A DNA stretch of 64,000 nucleotides from a virus. The translations under genes and the position numbers were made by a program. The stretch lies in the IMG/VR virus record IMGVR_UViG_3300038443_001768, one strand, 5' to 3'. The number at the start of each line of letters is the position of its first letter. Positions within the stretch are counted from its first letter, which is position 1. The notes below the pieces were generated by a model, which was given only the letters and a program-made list of their open reading frames with translations, was not told the DNA's origin and ran no database searches. Positions 44,807 to 54,666 of this stretch are shown here, one piece after another.

Positions 44807-46498
44807 GGCTTAGCTTGTTGTAGAAGTTGTCGGCTGTTTCGTTCATACGTTGAAGTTCCTCCTTCGCGGCCCGCATGACGGATTCAATCGCAGCCTTGGT
44901 CTCGGCGTCGACCTCGTCGAGCCGTGTGCCGCACATTGAGGTCCTGTATTCGGCGTCAAGCTCTTCGAGCTTGGCCTTCATCTCTTCCTTGACCGTATCG
45001 GCCCTGATCTTTTCGTCGGCCAGCAAGGACGCGAACTCCGCCGAGGCGTGAGGCTGATCGTCACGGCTATCGTCGATCCGCATCATGCGTATCCGATCTC
45101 TCGAAGTAGCCGCTGCGCGATGATCTTCGCCCGCCGGTATGTGTACTCACCGTACGAGGGCGAGTTCCATCCCTCCTCACGGAAGATGGACCACGAGAAT
45201 TCCTTGATTGGTCGTCCTCGCGCCCGACGAAAGTGACACCAGTGACGCCGTGCGGTCCTCACGCTCTGTGGTCCATAGATGTCGAGCAGTTTCCCGTTTG
45301 GCATCTTCACCATTGCGTGCACGTCAGGCCGGCCCCAGGAGTCCTGAAACGCAACGATCGGCCAACCAGTCAGCAGGTGTAGCGCCCGCGCCAGGTAGTG
45401 GCAGTCGCCGCACGTGAAGCGCTCTTCGTCAAGTTCGGTGCCGACGAGCGGCTTGCGATCAACCATTGAAGATGTCGCGAATCGTGGCCTTGATCAGCCC
45501 CAGGCCGAGACCAACGAGCACGCATGAGCCCACGAACAGGCACACGTCGGCCATCAGATCCAACATCAAGCCGTCACCGACACATTGTCGTGCGCGAAGT
45601 CGAGGATCTCGCGGATCAGTTCACCGAAATCGAGACCGTCGAGGTCGATCCACATTGTGCCGACCCATGTCCGCTGTGTCGCCTCTGGCGTCAACCACAC
45701 GGTCGCACCCTTCGTGGCTGGATCGCACGTGATGTCTGAGTACCAGTATTCGTCGGTCTCCTCGAATTCGACGTTGGAGATGTCAGAGACGGGGATGTCT
45801 AGTCGCTGCGCGGCCCACGCCCGCAGCGCGTCTTCGATCGGCATTCACGAAAGCCTATCAGGCCTCCGTGGAAAGTCAAGTCAGAGTTCGAGCCGATAGA
45901 AGCCCAGCGTCGCCGCCGCAGCGGAAGCAACACAGAGCGCTTCGGTTAGGCCGTCGTAGGGCCGACCCACTACTACACAGACGCAGTACCAGGCAAAGCC
46001 GGCCATTGAGGCGGAGAGCAGACGCATCTTTCTATACTAGCGTATCGATACCGTTCTTGCGTGCTTCGCGGTAGGCGCGACGCGTGATCGCAAGCGCGGC
46101 AACGAACGCGCGCATCGGGTCGCTGCCGCCCAAGTACTTCGACGACGTCATCCACACGATCGGGCGGCCGTCGTCATCGACGGCAGGAATCGCTGCGCAG
46201 ATCACACCTTCTTCGCACGCACGCCGCATGAACTCGTATGGGTCGCTGATGGTCATAGTTTGACCTCGAAGAACGGAATGTGCGCCTCGCGCCCATCCAC
46301 GTCGTGGCCTTCCTCGTGTGCCTCGCGCCCGTCGTATGAGTTGTGTGTAACGAGCCAGCCGCCGAGGTTGAAGCCTTCGCCGCTTTCCCATCGCCGGCTA
46401 GGCAAGCAGGGGCAATAACGGTCTGCGATGTGGAAGGCCGCGTCCATCATTGGTACGACGTGTGCGTCACCGCTGGTGGTTTTGAAGGCTTCCCACAT
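44796..46498 (-). CDS. Run of small hypothetical genes (44796-45086, 45083-45466, 45566-45844, 46253-46498 and others)
   Basis: Coupled ORFs; no family recognised. Confidence 0.5.
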
Positions 46499-46540
46499 CC
46501 GACGATCTCCTGTACCCCTATGAAAGTCCGCCCGACGCGC

Positions 46541-46891
46541 TCACGCTACGCCCCAAAGGCCACGATTGGTGAGCCAGAGAAGCTCGCGTCCCGACGCTCG
46601 CCATTCCGTGAGGGCCTTGTATGCTACCTCTTGCTCAGTGGTTAGTCGCTTGCTACCAAAGACGGCAAGCTTGGCGTCAAGCGGATCGTTTGTATGCAGG
46701 TCCGACACCGAGTGCATCAGATGGACGATCCAGTAGTGGACGTTGCGGTGGCAGGTAGGGCAGAGTTCGACCGTGTCGCGATCGAAGAGCGCGTTTGAGT
46801 TGATCGCCGCCTGCCAGGCCTGAGGCACGACGTGGTGCCGCTCCGTGGTGAGCGGTCGTGGTCGGTGAAACTTCCTCGCCGTGCATGCCAT
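46541..46891 (-). CDS. HNH-like protein
   Basis: ERHHVVP...LCPTCHRNVH; TACTAT box 6 nt before ATG. Confidence 0.65.
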   Translation of the reverse strand: MACTARKFHRPRPLTTERHHVVPQAWQAAINSNALFDRDTVELCPTCHRNVHYWIVHLMHSVSDLHTNDPLDAKLAVFGSKRLTTEQEVAYKALTEWRASGRELLWLTNRGLWGVA

Positions 46892-47149
46892 GGACGAATA
46901 GTACGCTTCGGTTCGACGAGTTCGTCAAAACCCATCTCCGCCTCGTGAGCATCGAGGCCTTGGGCTTGAGTTCGTAATCGTGGTGATGACGATTGTCGGG
47001 CTCGTTTGGTTCGCCCGCCGTCGAGATCAGGGCGCTGGCTTCCGCCCGCCAACACTGTTGTTCCGGGCGGCTCATGGACCCCTATGAAAGTCATCGGGCG
47101 CTGTCGTTATTGGTATCGGTTTGGTGCCTGTCGGTGGAGGCTTCGTACC

Positions 47150-49340
47150 ACTTCTTATTTTTCCTCTCCTGTGTGGCACCAGCAACGCGTTCCTTGAGCC
47201 CCTCCCACTGCTGAGGACGTTTTTCTAGTCAACAACCCTAACAAACCAAACCCGCTCATGGAGCCATTTCCCTTACTGGTCCTGTGGATGTCCACTATGT
47301 TGGGGTTCTTAGTGGTCCAGTTTGTGTTCCTGTATGCCTTTACAGTCATGTAAAGGGAGAATGAGTGGGGGCGCACTGAGACGTCCCCCACATTCCCCAC
47401 AACCCCCCACGACCGACTCAACGCAACCATCACTCGACCCCCTAGACGCCCCTCGCCTACCCCGCTCTGAGAGAGCGCCGACGCCCGCTCTGACGTCCAT
47501 AGACAGACTCAGCCGTCCGTACCTACTGCCGACGCATCCCGTGCGCTTAGAGCGGACGAGAATGGCTTTCGTATCCGTCACTGCTACAGATGGGCGGCCG
47601 AATCGGGTACTAGGGATGCCCTCTGGGGGTATGGGTTGCGTTGGGATCAAGTCATAGCGGTTGGTCCGATGGATCGGATTTGGCTCAAACGCTTGACCTC
47701 GACGCGAACATAGGTTCGCTGGGGTCGAGTTCGCCTATAACAGCGTTCGCATCTCAGGCGAACACAGGCTAAATGTTCGCTGAGAACAGAGCGTCTACGC
47801 GCCAAAGTAGCCGGTATGCGCCGCCCATACCCCCATTTCCCATCCATCGGGTGTAGGTACCGACGCCTACATAGGCTGTCTATATGATGTCCTAGGCCTA
47901 GGACTACATGTTGAGATTTGGCTCTACTAGGCCAAATGCGACCGCAACGGTTGCAGTTGCGCAAGCAACGACGTTTCGCCGCAGGCGAAACCAGCAACCC
48001 TAGGGTTGCGGATGGCCGGAAAACCAAGTCCTACATGTTGCGCTCAGAGCCCTTACGTGGCAAGGCATTGCGAGTACTTATACGCCAATGGCTCCATCTT
48101 ATCCCTGTACAGGGGGCGCTCTCACGCGTGTAATGGGCGGCGGCAACCGCTGGACTGGCAATCTCGGCCGCAGCGGAACCGGGGAGAGCGATCCCCCGGG
48201 GGTTCCATCGGAATCGGCATATGCCAGACGCGGTCATCCGCCGTCACTCGCCTAGTGCGTCTCCCAGTGACACCGGACAGACAGGGAGTCAGTCCCCCGG
48301 ATGACCCGCGTATCGAAACTCCGCTAGTCGGCACGGACCCTAGGTCCGGCGAACGCAAGCAACGCGTGCCAGTGCGGCGGAGCGCACTGCCCCGGTCAAG
48401 TAACCAATGCCTATAACTAGGCACGGACTCCGGGAGCAAAGGTGACTAGTCAATGTCATTGACTTCCAAATCACGTTGTAGAACTACGCGTCTCACGCGT
48501 ACGCGCGTCTCACGGGACAGCGCCGACTCACGCCAAAGACCCGAACCCCTCGCACGATCAATGACCCCCAACGACGGGGATTCACGATCAACGCCTAGGG
48601 GTCGATCACGGACAAAGAGCGGCGCGCCCAAAGAGCGAACCGGACACAAAGAGCGAACGTAGGACTATGACAATGAGAGTAGGAGGATACGAACGGATGA
48701 CTAGTAGAAGTGCCCATCTGCCTCTCACGCGTAGGCCTAGGCCTAGTGCGATGCGCGTCATGCAGCCGATTGGTGGGCAACAAAGCAATGACCATAACAA
48801 CCGTGTCCTCACTCACTCGACGATGCGACGAAAGCGAACCCCTTCATTCCTGCCCCGCTACGGCGGACGTTAGGCGTAGGGCTACCGAGTAGTTGATCGA
48901 CAACGTCGAGCCGATCACGGCAGTGGCACTGACTACCGAATCTCACGACCGCTGAGAGCGTCTCACGATTCGGTCGAGCGTCTCACGGACGCGTCGCACG
49001 GTTACACGCGCGTGTAACGGATGGCCGATCCTCTCCGCCGATGGGCGGACCGATCGAACCCCCACCCGTTGGACGCTCTGCCGCGCGACCCCTAGGAGCG
49101 AACCGACCGACTCAATGAGCGAACCCCGGACAATGACAGTAGGTAGACAATGACATTGACTTGACGGAAGCCAAGAGCGTCAATTCAGGATGTCGTCGGG
49201 GTAGCGCCCGACCAACGGTAAGTTATAGGTCATGGTCGGTGGTCCGGCCAAACGTTGCTTTGCCTATAACTTGCAGGCGGCGCCTTGGGGTTCGATTCCC
49301 TAGGGCGCCTTTTGGTTCAACCCTAACTAGGGAGTACTTG
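47150..49340. other. Large non-coding divergence region (candidate origin/terminus, structured RNAs, short repeats)
   Basis: No credible ORFs; strand switch; repeated TCTCACG, GAGCGAAC, TAGGCCTAG, GACAATGA. Confidence 0.65.
49279..49309 (+). ncRNA. tRNA minihelix-like hairpin
   Basis: GGCGCCTTGGGG TTCGATT CCCTAGGGCGCC: 12 bp plus 7-nt T loop. Confidence 0.6.
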
Positions 49341-49940
49341 TATGCATTCCTCTCGTTACGCTCGGCTGGTCGATGCGGCGGACGCAATGTCGGCGCGCGT
49401 TCTGGGGTTCTACGTCCCCGATGACTGGTCGGAAGACGTTTCCCCGCGCGGCGTCGTTCTGATGGTGCGCGACTTCGCTCCGCATTACGCGGTGCACGAC
49501 TTCGAGGCAGCCGCGGTCGACGACGTCATCCGCGATGGTCGTACGTTCGAACACCAAGTCGAAGCGCTGAGCGCTTTCGCGCGGTCATGCGATGACGCGT
49601 TCCTGGCGTCGATCGATTTGGCGGGATGAGCGATGACTTGTCACCCCTCCGCCGACGTCGTCTGTTCCGCCGCCGGCTCGACTACAGCGTCTGGCGCTGT
49701 CGTCGCCGCAATCGTCTTTGGGATGGTCCTCCTAATGGCGATCCTTCCCGCCTACGTCCTGTACAGGCGGGACCGATGATCGGCCGTCTACGGCGGCGCG
49801 CGCTACGCCTCGTGCTTGGTGAGGAAATCTACGCATTGGTCACGAATGACTGATGCTGAGTACGCCTCACTGGCCGCGATCGCCATGGCCTACATGCTGG
49901 CCATGGATGAGTAGTTCCATCACAACTCGAAAGGTGCATC

Positions 49941-50342
49941 ATGTCCTACAAGTACGCTGCTCTCATCATCGGCGCATGCTGGGCCGTGTCGTTCGGTCTC
50001 GTCGGCGCGTCGATGGCGCGCGCCGAGACTCAGCAGCGGTACCCGAACGGTCACTGCTACGGGTACGCGGTTCCGTCCCTGGATTGCGTGTCACCGGACT
50101 GGACGGGGGTCGTTCAGCGCTGGTCGTCGATGCACGTTCCGGCCGATCGGCGCGGTTCGGACGTCCAGTGTTACTCCGCCGTCTCGGGACGTCCCTACGT
50201 GCAGCGCATCGGCGCGTTCGGTCCCTACTGGACGGCGTTCGCGCACGGGCATGACGTCGCGGTCGCGGCCTACGATCGGGTGCATCATGACTTCGTCAAC
50301 ATGACTCACCGGTCAGTGATCTGCGCAAGCTGGGCCGACTAA
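49941..50342 (+). CDS. Secreted Cys-containing hypothetical protein
   Basis: Signal peptide ending ARA-E; AAAGGT RBS. Confidence 0.6.
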   Translation: MSYKYAALIIGACWAVSFGLVGASMARAETQQRYPNGHCYGYAVPSLDCVSPDWTGVVQRWSSMHVPADRRGSDVQCYSAVSGRPYVQRIGAFGPYWTAFAHGHDVAVAAYDRVHHDFVNMTHRSVICASWAD

Positions 50343-50530
50343 TGCTCCTAAAGGGGCGTACCCGCACCGGCGAGACCGTGCATGCGGTTGAGTCTCTGCC
50401 CAACGATCCGACGCCACTAGGACACTCGCACGGGCGGTTCCGTCCGGCCCTATGCGGGGCATTGGTGCGTCCGACGCAACACCGCTTCACAGGCAACGAA
50501 CCGCGCGCGTGCAAGCGCTGTCGCGCGCTC

Positions 50531-50585
50531 GCTAGCGGCTAGATGTAGGGGTCGGTCGAGCGCCGACCCCTAGATGTGGTCCTAG
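50531..50585 (+). repeat. 55-nt hairpin cassette (second copy 51807-51861)
   Basis: GCTAGCGGCTAGRTGTAGG-[variable hairpin]-CCTAGAYGTGGTCCTAG. Confidence 0.75.
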
Positions 50586-51892
50586 TCTCAACATGTAGGA
50601 GTCGTGTCATGCGTGAATTCACCAATACCTACACAGTGGCCGAGCTTGACCGTATGCGCGCGGTCGCGGTCGAAAGGGAACGACGGGCGGCAGAGGATCG
50701 CGCGCGACGCCTGCGCGAGGAGGCAGAACGGGAGGCAGCACAGGCAATCAACCTGTATGAGTCGATCGGTCTCACCATTATCGGTGTAGATCGGTCGCGC
50801 GCGGGGTGGACACTGAGTCTCTCCGATGGGTCAACACTGGTCATGACCTACGACAGCGACGAAGACTCTTTCTGCGGGTGCGATCTACGGCGTGACCCGA
50901 GCGGACGTCACGCGCAGTAAGAGCGGCCGATCAAACGTCCACACCAAAGGAACGTCTATGTACGCGTACACATTGACTGTACCGTTGTGCGACAACAACG
51001 GACGCGACCGCGCCGACGTCCATCGGCACCTATGCGCGGTGTTCGCGCGCCGATTTGGGGGCTGGACATCTACCGACCATGTCGGCGGGTGGTTCGCTCC
51101 CGGTGCCGACCACCCCGGGACCGAACCGGTTCGGCGGTATGAGATTCTGACCGCTGAGCAAACCGATGCGTTCGATGACCTAGCCGCATGGGTCGCGTCA
51201 ACGATGGCGCAGGACGCGGTTCTCGTCATAGGGCCGGTACCGGTGCCCGCGCGGTTCATCTCCGCCGCTACGTCGACTCGCGCCGCGTAGGGGGTTCTCG
51301 GTGCGTCTCTACTGCCGCCTCTGTAGCTGCTTTGTTCGGTCCCCCTGGTCGCGTTGCTCGCACTGCGGGACCGAACACTCCCGCGACGCCCCAGCGCTTG
51401 AAGAGCCGATCCGTAAGCGTCGCCCATCCGCGCGTACGCGCGGTCTCGACCGCGGTTACCGCCGGTAGCCCCGTATCAAGGCATACGCCTAGAAAGGTCT
51501 CAGCAATGGCCAAAATCTCAGCGCGCGGGTCGGTCAAGCTCGCGCAGGCATCGAACGCGTACACCGACACCGATGGATGGGACCATAAGGTGAGGATCGC
51601 TCTCCGCTCGGATGGCGCGATACTGTACGCGCATGACTTGCGGTCACCGGATCGGCGAGACGCCTACGGTGCGCGCGGCTGGAATCGGGGCGGCTACTCC
51701 ATCCAAGCTCGCCTGAACAAAGAGCAGATGTCCTCACCCGTCACGGCACTGAGCGTCTTCGAGCGTTACGCGTCGGCGCGCTTTGGCGCGACCCTCGACA
51801 GCCCGCGCTAGCGGCTAGGTGTAGGCCTAGGGTTGATCCCTAGGCCTAGACGTGGTCCTAGGCCTATAACTACCCTTGAAGGAACACCCAAA

Positions 51893-52528
51893 GTGGAAAC
51901 CAAAACCTACAAGTACACGCATTCCGAGTCCGCGCGCAAAGCAGCGATGCGGCGGCGCATCCTTCAGACCTTCGCCGACGCGTCCGCTGATGATCTTGCG
52001 TCCGGGCAGGAATGGTACTACCGCGCGAACCGTGCAGCCGCATCGATCGCTGAAGGTTCCTCACTGTCCGCCGACACAGTGGCCGGTGTGATCGCCGCTC
52101 TGTCCCCGCGGTGCGCGTGGGCCACGAATCTCGCATGGGCGTCGGCCGTCGTCGATGCCTACGTCGGCGGTTCCGATGCTCCCCCTGCGGTGCATACACG
52201 GACGATGCGCGCGCAGGCATGGCGCATCGCACAGGGAGAGCGCCCGTTGGACGTCCTCAACGGACCTAAGGTGCGCGCGTTCTACGCAAACATTGTCGGC
52301 AACGCCGACGCCGTCACGGTCGACACGTGGGCCGCGCGCGTCGCGGAAGGCAACTGGACGCCCCATCCGCGTAAGTCCGGCAATAACTACGCGGCGACCG
52401 ATGCCCCGCAGGGGCGTCGCTACGCGCTGATCGCGGACGCGTACCGCGAGGCCGCCGCACTGGTCGGTCACTCCCCGCGCGACGTTCAGGCCGCCGTATG
52501 GGTGCACGTACGGCAGTCGGCGGACTAG
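51893..52528 (+). CDS. Phage protein with HhH-glycosylase-like motifs
   Basis: GQEWY, IAALSPR..W..N, GPKVRAF, VTVDTWA.R, VQAAVW. Confidence 0.55.
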   Translation: METKTYKYTHSESARKAAMRRRILQTFADASADDLASGQEWYYRANRAAASIAEGSSLSADTVAGVIAALSPRCAWATNLAWASAVVDAYVGGSDAPPAVHTRTMRAQAWRIAQGERPLDVLNGPKVRAFYANIVGNADAVTVDTWAARVAEGNWTPHPRKSGNNYAATDAPQGRRYALIADAYREAAALVGHSPRDVQAAVWVHVRQSAD

Positions 52529-53376
52529 TCCTACAGCCCTGAGGAGCTATCCATGTACTACAAGATCACCGAGGAGTTGCCCGACGGACGCGTCCGCGGA
52601 CTAGGCCGCACCGGCGACCGCGAAGAGGCGCTGCGCATCTATCACGCCGATCCGCGATGGGCGCGCACCCTTCATCAGTCGAGCACCCCGTTCCCGCCCG
52701 CTAAGGCGCAGCGAGGGGAGCTATCCAAGGCCTACAAGAAAGGCTAGTCCTGTATGTCTCAGTCTCACGGCGGTTCACGTTCGCGCGGCGATGACTTCGC
52801 TGAGATGGTCTCAGTGATTCTCATGATTGCCGGGATCGCGCTGTGCGTGATCGCGCCACTCGTCGAAGTCATCAAGTCCATCATCTAGCTCAGGGAGCTA
52901 TCCAAGATGTACAACAACCTCTTCAACCCCAACGTCCCCTACCGCGCGGACGGCCATTGGTCGCTCCCGCTCAACCGGCGAGTCGCCTACGCCGACGAGC
53001 GCGCCGGTAGGATCGCCGAGAATGTGGCCAACCGGGAGCGGCTCGGACCCGTCGTCGCCGTCGATGGCGAGACCTATCAGTTCGACGCCTATGCGGAGCT
53101 ACTGTCGGCCGCGTACCCCGGCCGGAACACCATCAACAACTGAGAGGATCGACATGTCCATCAACTACGCTCGCATGCAGCGTTCGCTGCCTCGCCTGAA
53201 GGCGGCGCTCACTCGCGCCGTCAAGAGCGGCGATCCTGCCCGCGTCGAGGCCGCGTGTCGCGCCGCTGTCGCCGAATGGGACGCCTGCGGGGCATGGCCG
53301 GACGATTGGTCGCGCTGGCAGCGCGCTCTCGACGATTCGCGTCCGCCGTGGGAGTGGATTCGTCTCGAAGACCTCA

Positions 53377-53434
53377 GCGCGTAGCCGCGCGGGGCATCGG
53401 ACCTCTCGGTGCCCCCTGCGAGTGCGAGCTATCC
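53377..53434 (+). repeat. 58-nt structured cassette copy A
   Basis: GCGCGTAGCC-hairpin-GAGTGCGAGCTATCC. Confidence 0.8.
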
Positions 53435-54247
53435 AGGCCGCGCAATCCAGGCCGCGCATCAACTAGTCCTACAAGAAAGGCAACATCATGGCCAAGCGTT
53501 CCCCTGACCGCGAGCGGTTCCTCGCCGACGTCATCGTGACGGCCGTCGAGGGCGGCATCGGCTACTGGTCGCAGGTCTCGGATTACCGTTGGTGGTCCGA
53601 TCTGATCGGCGGGCACAACGCTACGGCGGTGTTTGAGACATCGGTGATCGTCTACCCGCTGCTGGACGATGAGTCCGGCTACAGCGTCAACGGCGTCCCC
53701 GTCGGCATCGACTCGATCGCGCGCGCCATCGAGCGGATCAAGTCCGACCGATCCATTCGGCTCAGCGATGCCTACTTGGCGCGCATCCTGATCGCCGACC
53801 GTGACAACGACGCCGGGAACCTCGATTCCGACGACGCCGACGTGATCGTTCAGGTAGCGGTGCTCGGTGACGTCATCTACGGGTGAGGCGGGGGAGCTAT
53901 CCATGTCTTACGACGCAATCCTGATCGAGTTCCGCGACCGCCGCACCGATCGCACCGTGTGGGCGGTCGTCGCTGATCGGATCGTTTGGTGCACCCCTAC
54001 CGAGGTCACCTACATCAAGTGCGACAGTGGCGTGCGTCACGGGTCGCGCATCCTGCCGTCCGAGTACGTGGCGCTGCGCCCCTGCGTGGCCGATCGGCCG
54101 ATCGGGCGGTAAACGACAACTAAGGGAGCTATCCATGTCTGTCGTGTTCTTCATCATCAAGTGCCCGCGCTGTTCGTCTGAGGCGTGCGTCCGCGTTGGA
54201 CGCACCGGTGTCTGCGGGCGCGGCCATCACGTCCGAGTCAACCGCTA

Positions 54248-54305
54248 GCGCGTAGCCATCAGGGGCCAAGTCATAGGATTTGGCCTCGATGAGTGCGAGC
54301 TATCC
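54248..54305 (+). repeat. 58-nt structured cassette copy B
   Basis: 57/58 identical to copy C. Confidence 0.85.
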
Positions 54306-54638
54306 CACGCACTGCATGTCCATCAACAACTGGAGGTACTTGATGTCCAAGTCGCAGTCGTTCACGTCCCTGTCGGCGGCGATGGGGTACCTGAAGGCCC
54401 AGGCTCGCGCGGAGGCGAACGCCGCCCACGCGGAGGACCTGAAGCGCGCCGCCAACCTCCGCCGGTCCGCGTCGATTGCCCGCAAGGCGCCCGGCACGGG
54501 ACCGCGCATCGCCGCCTGAGCCGTCGCTCCAGCCAGTAGTCGGTTCGACACAGGTACCCCGGCGACTAGCCGTCGCGGGCATCGGGTGAGACAATTCCGG
54601 TGCCCTCGATGGGTAGCCACGGAGCTATCCCAGCGACG

Positions 54639-54666
54639 CAGATTGTTCTACAACAACAGGAGCAAC
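54639..54666 (+). repeat. 28-bp direct repeat containing RBS (second copy 55092-55119)
   Basis: CAGATTGTTCTACAACAACAGGAGCAAC, each preceded by GAGCTATCCCAGCG. Confidence 0.85.
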
